The notes under the pieces are model-generated. The model was not told the DNA's origin, did no database searches, and was given only the letters and a program-made list of their open reading frames with translations. 64,000 bases of DNA from an uncultured Dehalococcoidia bacterium (lineage in GTDB: Bacteria; Chloroflexota; Dehalococcoidia; Lucifugimonadales; UBA3495), in contig CATMOE010000004.1 in the NCBI GenBank assembly GCA_950072105.1, forward strand, positions 1 through 64,000, in the 5' to 3' direction. Both the position numbers and the translations under genes were made by a program. Numbering within the stretch: the stretch's first letter is position 1; each line of letters begins with the position of its first letter. Positions 41,309 to 51,022 of this stretch are shown here, piece after piece.

Positions 41309-41672
41309 CCATACCCTCCGCCATCGTGATGGACTGCATCGACTGACGAATCTCAGTTTGTTGCGGGAAAGGGGACGAAATCCCCCAACCCCCTTTACGA
41401 AAGGGGGGGTTGCTGCCAGCCACGTTGGACAAGTTCTAAACCCTTGTGTTCAGAGGATGAATTAAGGGTGGAATCAGCTAAAGCCCCCCTTTGGTAAAGG
41501 GGGTTGGGGGGATTTACTCCGTGCCCTAGAAAAAACGTTGGAGCCACAGCAGCACTACTTGCCCCGCCATACCACCGTCATCGTGATGGGCCGTAGCGAC
41601 TGACGAAACTTGGTTTGCGGTGGAAGAGTGGCGAAATTCCCCAACCCCCTTTACGAAAGGGGGCTTTGTTGT
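41309..41672. repeat. Two ~105-bp direct repeats flanking an inverted copy of their C/G-rich palindromic 3' part
   Basis: Copies at 41309-41415 and 41567-41672 share CATCGTGATGG, CGACTGACGAA and CCCCAACCCCCTTTACGAAAGGGGG; inverted unit at 41480-41515. Confidence 0.85.
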
Positions 41673-41700
41673 TGATGGGTGAGGATATCCTCGCTACAAT
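41672..41700 (+). promoter_or_regulatory. Sigma70-like promoter candidate for gltX
   Basis: TTGATG-17 nt-TACAAT. Confidence 0.55.
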
Positions 41701-41727
41701 GGAATCTATCGTGAACGGAGGGCCAAC

Positions 41728-43203
41728 TTGGCCGAAAACGTCAGAGTTAGATACGCCCCTAGTCCCACCGGCGAACCTCATATCGGCAATGTCCGTACCG
41801 CATTGTTCAATTGGTTGTTCGCCCGGCACCACGGTGGCAAGTTCATCGTTCGTGTGGAGGACACCGATCAGGAGCGGCTGGTGCCCGGCGCGGTGGACGC
41901 CGTCCTGGACAGCCTGGAATGGCTGAACATCCAATGGGATGAAGGCCCTCGGGTGGGCGGTCCATACGCGCCCTATGTACAGTCGGAACGCCTAAGCATC
42001 TACCAGGATCTGGCGGGAAAGCTCGTCGGTCAAGGCCGCGCTTACCGCTGCTACTGCAGCCGGGAGAAGTTGGAACAGATGAGGCGGGAGCGCCGGGAGC
42101 AAGGGTTCGCCACCAGCCATGCCTGCCAATGCCGGGAGATGACCGAGCGGCAGCGGAGCGATGCCGAAGCCGCGACTGGCCCGCCAGTGGTTCGGTTTGG
42201 GATGCCCACCGAGGGAGTTACCAGGGTCCACGATCTGATCCGAGGCGACGTGGAATGGCAGAACGACCTGCAGGAAGACTTTATCATCCTCAAGTCCGAC
42301 GGCTTCCCCACGTACCACTTGGCGGTGGTGGCCGACGACCATTTCATGGAGATCAGCCACATAATGCGGGCCGAAGAGTGGCTCCCCAGCACTCCCAGGC
42401 ATCTGCAATTGTTCGACGCCCTGGGTTTTGAGCCGCCCCAGTTCGCCCACCTTCCCATGATTCTAGGCCCAGACCGGTCCAAGTTGTCCAAGCGCCACGG
42501 GGCCACGGCGGTGTCGGAATACCGGGATAAGGGATTTCTACCCGGCGCGCTGATCAATTTCATGGTGCTGCTGGGCTGGTCGCTGGATGACAAGACCGAG
42601 GTCATGTCCCTGGATATGATCAAGGACAACTTCACTCTGGACCGGGTGACCAAGTCCGCGGCCATCTTCGACCAGGACAAGCTGGAATGGATGAGCGGCG
42701 TCTATATTCGAGAGATGTCTCCCAAAGAGTTGGCTGGGAACATGCTCCCCTTCCTAGAGAGAGACCTGCCGAAAGAATTGGTGCCGGTGGACCGCGACTA
42801 TCTGGATAGTATCGCGCCTCTGATACAAGAGCGGATCAAGCTGATGGAAACCGCGGCCGACTCCACTTTGTATTTCTTCGAAGAGCAACCCGAATATGAT
42901 CCCTCCAGCCTGATTCAAAAAGGGATGGAGCCCCAAGGCACCCTGGACGCCCTAAAGTCGGCCCTAGCGACGTTGAACTCTGCCTCCACCTTTGACCATG
43001 AATCCCTTGAGGAGTTGCTGAGGGCAACAGGTTTGGAGATCGGCGTCTCGCCGAGGCAGTTCTTTGGCGCTTTGCGGACGGCGGTAACCGGGAGGACGGC
43101 AACTCCTCCCTTGTTTGAAACTATGGAAGTGCTGGGCCGGGAACGGGTGTTGCGGCGGATGGAGTGGGCGGTCGAACGGCTGGCTAGCGCCAATCTTATT
43201 TAA
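41728..43203 (+). CDS. gltX: Glutamate--tRNA ligase
   Basis: RYAPSPTG.PHIGN, RVEDTD, PTYHLA, KLSKR. Confidence 0.97.
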   Translation: MAENVRVRYAPSPTGEPHIGNVRTALFNWLFARHHGGKFIVRVEDTDQERLVPGAVDAVLDSLEWLNIQWDEGPRVGGPYAPYVQSERLSIYQDLAGKLVGQGRAYRCYCSREKLEQMRRERREQGFATSHACQCREMTERQRSDAEAATGPPVVRFGMPTEGVTRVHDLIRGDVEWQNDLQEDFIILKSDGFPTYHLAVVADDHFMEISHIMRAEEWLPSTPRHLQLFDALGFEPPQFAHLPMILGPDRSKLSKRHGATAVSEYRDKGFLPGALINFMVLLGWSLDDKTEVMSLDMIKDNFTLDRVTKSAAIFDQDKLEWMSGVYIREMSPKELAGNMLPFLERDLPKELVPVDRDYLDSIAPLIQERIKLMETAADSTLYFFEEQPEYDPSSLIQKGMEPQGTLDALKSALATLNSASTFDHESLEELLRATGLEIGVSPRQFFGALRTAVTGRTATPPLFETMEVLGRERVLRRMEWAVERLASANLI

Positions 43204-43218
43204 TCAATATCGAGGACA

Positions 43219-44931
43219 ATGCCTATGAGCACCCCCGATCCAGTACCTTCCTCGGACTTCATCCGCAACATCGTCGAAGATGACAACCGTTCCGGCAAGT
43301 ACGATGGCCGGGTTGTCACCCGATTCCCTCCGGAACCCAACGGATATCTGCACATCGGCCATGCCAAGTCCATCTGCCTAAACTTCGGCCTGGCAGCCGA
43401 GCACGAAGGCGGTATCTGCCACCTGCGTTTCGACGATACTAATCCGGCCAGAGAGGACGTTGAGTACGTCGACTCCATCATGGAGGACGTGCGCTGGTTG
43501 GGCTGGGATTGGGGCGACCATCTGTACTACGCCTCGGACTATTTTGAACAGTTATTCGATTATGCTGTCCAGTTGATCAAAGAAGGCAAGGCCTACGTCT
43601 GCGACCTCAGCGCCCTGGAGATGAGAGAGTACCGGGGGACCTTGACCGAGCCGGGCAGAAACAGCCCTCACCGTGAACGCTCCATCGAGGAGAGCATGGA
43701 CCTGTTCCAGCAGATGCGGGACGGAGAGTTCGAGGACGGAGCAAGGGTGTTGCGGGCCAAGATTGACATGGCCTCGCCCAACGTGAATCTGCGTGACCCG
43801 GTGCTATACCGGATATTGAACACGGAGCATCACCGGACGGGCGCCCAATGGTGTATCTATCCGACTTACGATTTCGCCCACGGCCAATCGGATTCCATCG
43901 AGAGGATCACTCACTCTGTGTGCACCCTTGAATTTGAGGACCACCGGCCGCTATACGACTGGTTTCTGGACGAACTGGACGTGTACCACCCGCAGCAGAT
44001 CGAATTCGCGCGACTCAACATCAGCTACACAACGTTAAGCAAGCGGAGGCTGCGTGAATTGGTGGAGGAGGGCTATGTCACCGGTTGGAACGACCCTCGC
44101 ATGCCCACGTTGTCTGGGTTGCGCCGGCGTGGCTACACTCCACTCTCGATCAGAAACTTTTGCGATCGAATCGGCGTAGCAAAGCGGAACTCCATAGTTG
44201 ATCTAGCGTTGTTGGAGCATAGCGTTCGGGAAGATTTGAACCAGACGTCTCCTCGTGTAATGGCTGTGTTGAATCCTCTTCGGGTGGTCATCGACAATTA
44301 CCCCGAGGATCAGACCCAGGAGTTTGAGGCGGTTAACAACCCCGAGGACCCGTCGATGGGGTCACGAAAAGTCCCCTTTTCCCGAGTCATTTACGTCGAA
44401 CAAGATGACTTTCGCGAAGACCCGCCCCGCCGCTTTTACCGTCTGTCGCCGGGGCGCGAGGTGCGATTGCGCTACGCCTGCTACATCACCTGCGTCAGTG
44501 TGGTTAAGGACGAGACGACCGGGGAGGTGGTGGAACTGCACTGCACCTACGACCCCGAGTCCCTGGGCGGCTCATCGCCCGATGGACGCCGGGTGCAGGC
44601 TACTTTGCATTGGGTGTCCGCCGCCCATGCGGTGGATGCCGAGGTGCGCCTGTACGAGCATTTGTTTGTCACCCCGGAACCCGGCAGCGGCGAGGATGAC
44701 GACGCCGATTACAAGAGCGACTTGAACCCGGACTCCCTTACAGTATTGACCTCATGCAAAGTCGAACCTAGCTTGGCTGGGGCAGTCCGGGGCAGCCGGT
44801 ACCAGTTTGAACGGCAAGGATATTTCTGCGTCGACACGGTTGATTCCACCAACGGAAACCTGGTGTTCAACCGCACCGTTCCCCTACGCGACAGTTGGGC
44901 GCGGATCGAGCAGGCGGGCAAGCAGGGTTAG
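43219..44931 (+). CDS. glnS: Glutamine--tRNA ligase
   Basis: [37 protein letters not shown]. Confidence 0.97.
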   Translation: MPMSTPDPVPSSDFIRNIVEDDNRSGKYDGRVVTRFPPEPNGYLHIGHAKSICLNFGLAAEHEGGICHLRFDDTNPAREDVEYVDSIMEDVRWLGWDWGDHLYYASDYFEQLFDYAVQLIKEGKAYVCDLSALEMREYRGTLTEPGRNSPHRERSIEESMDLFQQMRDGEFEDGARVLRAKIDMASPNVNLRDPVLYRILNTEHHRTGAQWCIYPTYDFAHGQSDSIERITHSVCTLEFEDHRPLYDWFLDELDVYHPQQIEFARLNISYTTLSKRRLRELVEEGYVTGWNDPRMPTLSGLRRRGYTPLSIRNFCDRIGVAKRNSIVDLALLEHSVREDLNQTSPRVMAVLNPLRVVIDNYPEDQTQEFEAVNNPEDPSMGSRKVPFSRVIYVEQDDFREDPPRRFYRLSPGREVRLRYACYITCVSVVKDETTGEVVELHCTYDPESLGGSSPDGRRVQATLHWVSAAHAVDAEVRLYEHLFVTPEPGSGEDDDADYKSDLNPDSLTVLTSCKVEPSLAGAVRGSRYQFERQGYFCVDTVDSTNGNLVFNRTVPLRDSWARIEQAGKQG

Positions 44932-44957
44932 AGCGGCAAAATCAGCGGTGTGGGACA

Positions 44958-45095
44958 ACCCCCTCTCTAACTCTCTCCATAAAGAGGGCGAGGACTGATT
45001 CCTTCCCCTCCGACGGGGGAAGGTTAGAGCCTGCCCTGAGCGTAGCCGAAGGGACGGGGGTGAAACCCCTCACTTCAATCCATTCTCACAAAGTA
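44958..45095. repeat. Composite REP-like cluster with a nested insertion
   Basis: Degenerate CCC.C.C.AAC.CTCTCC units; 44998-45061 matches the reverse complement of 52911-52950 with 25 extra nt. Confidence 0.7.
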
Positions 45096-45151
45096 TGAGC
45101 AGCCAATTAGAGACTCGCTCAAAGACTTGGGAAAGATACCGCCCGGGCGGC

Positions 45152-46171
45152 CTAACTTCCTAGCCGGTAAATCTGCAGCCGGTGCCGCAGGCTGTCCACT
45201 ATGTAGATCCGTCCCTGACCGTCTAGCTTGACGGATGTCGGACCCCATAGCAGTTTCTCCACGTTGGCCGACGTTTCCCGGTGGTGGTCGCTTCGGGGGT
45301 TAATTTGCGGCTCTAGATCGGCCGCCAGTCGGGCCGCCCCTTCGTCAGGGTTGGCCTCGAAGTAGGAGGAGGCCCAGGTAGAGGTCACCGAGTCGCCCCG
45401 GAAACAGGCGAGAACCTGTCCTGAAGGACTCAATACCTGGACCCGCTCATTGCCCCAGTCGCAAACGTAGATGTTTCCGTCCGGGTCCACGGCCAGGCCC
45501 GACGGGCGTTTGAACTGTCCTTCCCCGTCGCCGGAGCTACCCCATTGGGCCAGATAGCGTCCTGACGGGTCGAACTTTTGCACCCGGTCGTTGCGCCAGT
45601 CGGACACGTAAACGTCTCCGTTGCTGTCCAGGGCGACACCCCAGGGCATGTTGAACTGGCCTGGGCCGTCCCCCGCCTCCCCCCATTTGCCTAGGAATGT
45701 GCCATCCTTGCTGAACTTCTGGACCCGGTGGTTCAAGGAGTCGGTCAGGTACATGTTGTCTTCTGAGTCGAAGGCCATGGCCGAAGGACGGTCCAGTTGC
45801 CCGTCCTGGGACCCGTGGCTACCCCACTGCCCCAGCAGTTCACCCGCTTTGGTAAATATGGAAACACGTTGCAGGGCTTCGTCGGCCACATAAAAACGGT
45901 CTTCGCTATCGAAGGCCAGGGCGCTGGGCCACCAGAACTGACCGTCGCCGGTGCCGCCGGTCCCGAATTCTCCCAAGTACTCTTCGTCTACGGTGCACTT
46001 GACCACCCGTTTGTAGGGTAAGCGAAGCGCCGTTTCCGGTCCGGCCCGGTTCAGCACGTAAAGTATGCCCTGGGAATCCAAAGCCACGTCCACCGGATTG
46101 TTGAAGCCCCGTCCCGTGTTGGCTAGGAACCCGACGGTGTGGCTGTATGCGAAGCTGGAAGTAGCGGTCAT
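45152..46171 (-). CDS. NHL-repeat beta-propeller protein
   Basis: Repeated G.F..P.GVA.D..G..YV.D..N.RVQ.F units. Confidence 0.92.
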   Translation of the reverse strand: MTATSSFAYSHTVGFLANTGRGFNNPVDVALDSQGILYVLNRAGPETALRLPYKRVVKCTVDEEYLGEFGTGGTGDGQFWWPSALAFDSEDRFYVADEALQRVSIFTKAGELLGQWGSHGSQDGQLDRPSAMAFDSEDNMYLTDSLNHRVQKFSKDGTFLGKWGEAGDGPGQFNMPWGVALDSNGDVYVSDWRNDRVQKFDPSGRYLAQWGSSGDGEGQFKRPSGLAVDPDGNIYVCDWGNERVQVLSPSGQVLACFRGDSVTSTWASSYFEANPDEGAARLAADLEPQINPRSDHHRETSANVEKLLWGPTSVKLDGQGRIYIVDSLRHRLQIYRLGS

Positions 46172-46178
46172 TTTCGAT

Positions 46179-46259
46179 AGCAATCAGCCATCAGCTTTCA
46201 GCTATCAGCAGTTCGGACCGTTCCGGCCCCTGATAGGTGACTGGTGACCGCCGATAGCT
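46179..46259. repeat. Heptamer tandem array with inverted halves
   Basis: aatcagc catcagc tttcagc tatcagc ... ctgatag gtgactg gtgaccg ccgatagc. Confidence 0.75.
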
Positions 46260-46262
46260 CCT

Positions 46263-47663
46263 CTATGCCAGTTGGTATTCCCGGGTAGCGACGATCAGTT
46301 GCAGCATGTCGGCCACTCTCTGCTCGGAGCAGGCTACCAAATCGTCGCGGTCGAAGCGCAGGTCGCCTTGGGATGCCGCGTAGCCGGTCAGATGGCGGTT
46401 CGTGGCTTCCGTCACTTTCACGCCTCCGGCCAGGTCCAGGCAACGGTCCACGAAATCCTGGGGAGATAGAACGTCCTGACCATCCCGCATGCGGCGGATG
46501 ATCTCTTTGACTCCGGGTTGGCCGGCGTTTCCGACCTCTTGAGCCGCCGAGTTTATCCTTTCCACGAGGCTGCCGGTATCGATCCACTCAGTACCGGTGT
46601 GCCAGCCTTCAACCGAAGGCGGGTTTAAGATTTCCTGGCCCATGAAGTTGGCGTCCATGGCCAGGCCGACGATGCTCCAATCGGTGCTGCGGTGGCTTCC
46701 GGCCAACCGTGCGGTCCCCGCTACCATTTCCGCCGGGCTCTTGACCCGGGCGAAGCGGACCTGTTCCGAGCGGAAGAAACCGGAAAGAAACATGGTCCGT
46801 AGCACCGATTCTATGTTTCCGTGAGACCGTTGGAACTCGTCGGCCAGGATTTGTATCGCTGCTTCGTCGGGAGTATCTGAGACGAAGAAATTGTAAAGTT
46901 TGCTGGCGACGAACCAGGCACACGCCGGCTGGGCGCAGATTATATCGATGACGTCTTCCCCGTTGAACCGGCCGGTCTGTCCCAAAAAGGTCTTTGAGGT
47001 GTCGTCGTGGTCTTCGGGGTCGTAAACAAATTGCCAGTCTAGCCGGCCGTGGGGCCAGATGGAGTCCCGCGAGGCCCGTATGCTCATGTACTCGGCATTG
47101 GCGATCGTCCAACCGGTGAAGGCCCGGGCGCAGGATTTGACATCGTCCTCGGTGTAGTTGCCGATGCCCATGGAGAACAATTCCAGCAACTCCCGCCCAA
47201 AGTTTTCGTTGGGGGCCTCTTTGTGGTTGTCCTTGTTATCCAGCCAAAAGATCATCGCCGGGTCTCTGGCCAGTTCCAGCAATAGGGTTCGGAAGGAGCC
47301 GAGACCACCGCGGCGAAATATATTGGTCTGGTTGACCATGCCCTTGGCGTGATTGAGCTTACCGTACGCGGTGGCGAACAGACCATGCCAAAAGAGGGTG
47401 ATCTTCTCTTGCAGGGGGAAAGGCGTGTTGATCATGCGATATAGCCAGTAAGCTTGGGAGCTTTCGATGAGCATCAGGCTGTTTTGGTCGATGTGGTAGC
47501 GCCGGACCACATCGTCATCCAGGAGTGAGGCTTGGTCAGGGTGTAGCAGCTTCTCGACCGTGGCCTCGTAGCCCAGTTCCAGGTAGTCATCTAACTCCTG
47601 GGGAGTAGCTCCGAAACCAGCCCGCCGTAGTAGATGGGCGGTCAGCGCCCTTTGTTCGTCCAT
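46263..47663 (-). CDS. DUF1800 family protein
   Basis: AHLLRRAGFG, EK.TLFWH..FAT, DPAM..WLDN, PNENFGRELLELF, PP.VEGW. Confidence 0.9.
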   Translation of the reverse strand: MDEQRALTAHLLRRAGFGATPQELDDYLELGYEATVEKLLHPDQASLLDDDVVRRYHIDQNSLMLIESSQAYWLYRMINTPFPLQEKITLFWHGLFATAYGKLNHAKGMVNQTNIFRRGGLGSFRTLLLELARDPAMIFWLDNKDNHKEAPNENFGRELLELFSMGIGNYTEDDVKSCARAFTGWTIANAEYMSIRASRDSIWPHGRLDWQFVYDPEDHDDTSKTFLGQTGRFNGEDVIDIICAQPACAWFVASKLYNFFVSDTPDEAAIQILADEFQRSHGNIESVLRTMFLSGFFRSEQVRFARVKSPAEMVAGTARLAGSHRSTDWSIVGLAMDANFMGQEILNPPSVEGWHTGTEWIDTGSLVERINSAAQEVGNAGQPGVKEIIRRMRDGQDVLSPQDFVDRCLDLAGGVKVTEATNRHLTGYAASQGDLRFDRDDLVACSEQRVADMLQLIVATREYQLA

Positions 47664-48238
47664 GATTTTGGCCCCCCTCCCGGTGCTTGTTGGTGTTCGC
47701 GCTGAATGATACGGCATATCCGGGGATCCAGCCGTGCTTCGCTGGCTGGTAGTATAGCATCAGGTTCCGGGTCCCGGCCCAGTATAAAAAGGGGACGCCC
47801 GAAACGGCGAAGGGAGTGGCCTGGGCATCAAGGTAAAATGGCATAAAAAATAAAGTTACGCCTAGTTCTGTCTAGATTTTTATATTATTTTGGAATTCAG
47901 TTTAATATTCGAACAAAATCCCCTTGACAAGCAACAAGTAATAGAGTTTATTACTACAATAGCTTGGGGAAGGGGTGTGTGTTTGGGGTGGATGATGTTG
48001 CGGATAGGGGGTGAAGGCAAGAATTAAAACACATATATTTTTTGGGAAAAGTATTAAAACCCGTCTAAGTATCGCGGGCCCCAGCCAACGGCGTTCCTGG
48101 TAAACCGGGTTAGGTCGCCCTCAGTTTTAGTAGATAAGTAATCATTGTTATATTTGTTTTTTCCTCATTCTAGAAAGGGACGGCATCGGCGGGGAGCGAA
48201 TTCTAAAATAATTTCGCAGAAGGGGATTGGGTGTAAAG

Positions 48239-49069
48239 ATGATGTCGACAGCTGTAAAGGTTCTTAGCGACGGAGTTATCAAACTGGACGGCGGTTCCAT
48301 GTTCGGGCAAGTGCCCAAGATGGCCTGGGAGAACAGTGTGGTGACGGACAGAAAAAACCGCATGACACTGGGTCTCAATTGTCTGCTTCTTCAGATCAGC
48401 GGGCAGAACATCCTGGTGGACACCGGAGTCGGCACTAAAGACGCCGAGAATGACAAGGAAACCCTGGGCCTGGTGCCCAGCCGCTTACTCAAAGGCTTAA
48501 AGAGTATGGGTTTGGGCCCCAAAGACATAAATGCCGTGGTGCTTACTCATCTTCATTTCGATCACAGCGGCGGATGCACCCGGTTGGACCGGGCGGGGAA
48601 CATTGTGCCCACCTTCCCCAAAGCCACTTACTACGTTCAAGAGGCCTGCTGGGACGAGGCCTGCAACCCCAACGAGCGGTGCCACGTTACCAATCGGGCA
48701 GACAACTTTCTTCCCATCGAAGAGCGCGGTCAATTGGAGCTCCTAGACGGCGACTGTGAAATCATGCCCGGCCTGAACGTTATCGTCACCGACGGTCACG
48801 CCAAGGGCCACCAGATAGTCATGGTCAACCATGGCGGCGAGAGGATAGTGTTCCTGGGGGACATCGTGCCCACGCCGCACCATCTGAATCTGGGAGTCAT
48901 TTCGGCGTTCGACAACTCTCCGGAGACTACCTTGGAGCGGAAGCGGGACCTGCTCGCTGAGGCCGAGAAGCAGGGATGGTTGCTGGTCTTCTCCCACGGC
49001 CATGACGTGAGGGCAGGCTACCTGGAACGGAAGGCAGACACCGGATACCTGCGTCCCGTCGAACTGTAA
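48239..49069 (+). CDS. MBL-fold metallo-hydrolase (YtnP-like)
   Basis: LDGGSMFG.VPK..W, THLHFDH.GG, GH..GHQ, GD. Confidence 0.88.
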   Translation: MMSTAVKVLSDGVIKLDGGSMFGQVPKMAWENSVVTDRKNRMTLGLNCLLLQISGQNILVDTGVGTKDAENDKETLGLVPSRLLKGLKSMGLGPKDINAVVLTHLHFDHSGGCTRLDRAGNIVPTFPKATYYVQEACWDEACNPNERCHVTNRADNFLPIEERGQLELLDGDCEIMPGLNVIVTDGHAKGHQIVMVNHGGERIVFLGDIVPTPHHLNLGVISAFDNSPETTLERKRDLLAEAEKQGWLLVFSHGHDVRAGYLERKADTGYLRPVEL

Positions 49070-49107
49070 ACCTCTCGCGGCCCTTACGGGCTCTTACCAC
49101 GGATTTT

Positions 49108-49158
49108 GCGGCTGCCTACCGGGCTTGAAGAAGCCTTGATCGGCAGCCGTTGCTTTTT
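49108..49158 (+). terminator. Possible intrinsic terminator
   Basis: GCGGCTGCC...GGCAGCCGT stem followed by GCTTTTT. Confidence 0.45.
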
Positions 49159-49179
49159 GTGCTTATCAAACGGCCCTAG

Positions 49180-50565
49180 CTAGAGGACTTTCACCCGGAC
49201 ACCATCCCCCGTCAACTCCTCAAAGCGGGCCGGAGTGATGGTGTTGCCCAAGTTGTTCCGGCTGTGGGTATAGACTCGTATGTAGTTGCCGGTAAGACCG
49301 CGCCACTTGAGTCCGCCGTCCTGTCTCGTCGACGACTCCCACAGGACCGGATGGGTCTGACCCAGCTGATAACTGCGGAACGCTTCAAAACCTTCTTTCG
49401 CCATAGCTAACAATTGGGTGGTGCGTGCTTTTTTCACCGGCTGAGAAACCGGCCCGGACAGGTACACTGCGCTGGTTCCGGGCCTGGGCGAGTAGGGGAA
49501 GATGTGCATATCGCTGAATGCCATCGATGTGGCGAACGCCAAGCTCTCTTGAAATTCGGCTTCCGTCTCTCCCGGAAACCCGGCTATCAGGTCAGCGGTG
49601 ACTCCGGAACCGGGCACAGTATTGCGGACCAGGTCCACCTTTTCGGCGAACAATCCGGTGGTATAACGGCGGCGCATCATCTCTAGAATCCGGTCGCTGC
49701 CGCTTTGCAATGGGATATGGAAGTGGCGGCATAGGCGGGGGTCCTGCCAAAGCTCCAACAATCGAGGGTTGATTTCCTGGGGTTGGAGGGACGATACCCG
49801 CAAGCGCGGTACGGCGGTCTCCGCCAGGATTCGTTCCAGCAGCCTAGTTAGCGTGGCGCCCGGAATGTCGAAACCGTAGGTCCCCAACTGAGTCCCGGTC
49901 AAGACTACTTCGAGGCAACCTTCCGCAACCCGCTGGTTGATCTGCTCTACCAGCGACTCAGGGGGAATGCTGCGTTCTCGACCCCGGACTTTGGGCACGA
50001 TACAATAAGCGCAAACCTGGTCGCAACCTTCCTGAATCTTCACCATGGACCGGTTCCGGCGTATGTTGGCGGCCGGTTGCACCGAGTAGTCGAGTGCCGA
50101 GGAAACCCGTGGGTGACTATTTGCGCCGGTGTTCCTTTGCTCCAGCAAAGCGGTCACCATGGCAGGCAATTCTGCTTTCTCGGTGTTTCCTACCACCAGG
50201 GACACGCCTTCAACTTGGGAAAGTTCATCCCTGGACCGCTGGGCATAACAGCCGGTAGCGACGATCAGAGCGTGGGGATTCGCCCTGGCGGCGGCTCTTA
50301 GGGCCTGCCGGGCTTTGGAGTCGGCGGTGGAGGTCACGGTGCAGGTGTTGAGGACAAAGACATCGGCTTTGGCCGGAGACTGCACCAGGCGGTAACCGGC
50401 CGCGGCGAAGCGCCGGGCTAACATGTCGCTGTCGGCCTGGTTCAGCTTGCATCCCTGGGTGCGGATCGCCACCGTGCCCCGGAATGTAGCGTCGGCAGGC
50501 GACGCAAGTTCGGGCGTGTTATCCGGCGGAGAATCCAAGTTGATCAGGTCAATCTTCGTATTCAA
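49180..50565 (-). CDS. mtaB: tRNA t6A37 methylthiotransferase
   Basis: GCKLNQ, NTCTVT..AD.K.RQ, KIQEGC...C.YC.VP..RG, H.FPYS.RPGT.A. Confidence 0.9.
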   Translation of the reverse strand: MNTKIDLINLDSPPDNTPELASPADATFRGTVAIRTQGCKLNQADSDMLARRFAAAGYRLVQSPAKADVFVLNTCTVTSTADSKARQALRAAARANPHALIVATGCYAQRSRDELSQVEGVSLVVGNTEKAELPAMVTALLEQRNTGANSHPRVSSALDYSVQPAANIRRNRSMVKIQEGCDQVCAYCIVPKVRGRERSIPPESLVEQINQRVAEGCLEVVLTGTQLGTYGFDIPGATLTRLLERILAETAVPRLRVSSLQPQEINPRLLELWQDPRLCRHFHIPLQSGSDRILEMMRRRYTTGLFAEKVDLVRNTVPGSGVTADLIAGFPGETEAEFQESLAFATSMAFSDMHIFPYSPRPGTSAVYLSGPVSQPVKKARTTQLLAMAKEGFEAFRSYQLGQTHPVLWESSTRQDGGLKWRGLTGNYIRVYTHSRNNLGNTITPARFEELTGDGVRVKVL

Positions 50566-50941
50566 CAGGCACCAGATCCCATAGTTGCTCCACCGCTGAA
50601 GCTACGTCGTCGAGAATGGAAAAGAGGCGGTCCAGCCTTCCCCGGGACTCGCGGATATTCTGAAGCGACTCGCCGAAGGCGGCCAGCCGGTCGAAGGATT
50701 CCCGGATCCTCTTGTCCCGCCGCTCTTGCCCCAGTTGCTCGGCGTATTCCCGAATCGACTTGTCGTCATTGAGGCTTTGGCCTCGGCTCAGAGCCACCGC
50801 CTTTACCGCCAGAGTCAGGCTTCCCCACAGGAGGTCTTCCGATTGGGCCCACCGTCCGCCTCGCATGTCGCCCAAGGCGTTATCCAATAGCCGTAGGCTT
50901 TGGGACCGGTAGCGGTTAATGCGGGCTGTTTCGGTGGCCAT
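50549..50941 (-). CDS. PaREP1/HEPN-like small helical protein
   Basis: L..A...M..G...Q.E..LWG....AVKAVA..RG. Confidence 0.6.
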   Translation of the reverse strand: MATETARINRYRSQSLRLLDNALGDMRGGRWAQSEDLLWGSLTLAVKAVALSRGQSLNDDKSIREYAEQLGQERRDKRIRESFDRLAAFGESLQNIRESRGRLDRLFSILDDVASAVEQLWDLVPVEYED

Positions 50942-51022
50942 ATCGGTTATAACTCGTGCCTGGGCATGATAATCAATTCTAGCATAGGAACGTCGAGACG
51001 ACGGCGATTTAACCGGCGTTGA

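Noticed and set aside
41343..41637. Hammerhead ribozyme (CTGACGA...GAAA in both repeat copies)
   Set aside because: Stem II cannot close properly in either copy and no stem III/NUH site is evident
33678..46259. Heptamer arrays as CRISPR
   Set aside because: 7-nt period, no 23-47 nt repeats with unique spacers, no cas genes
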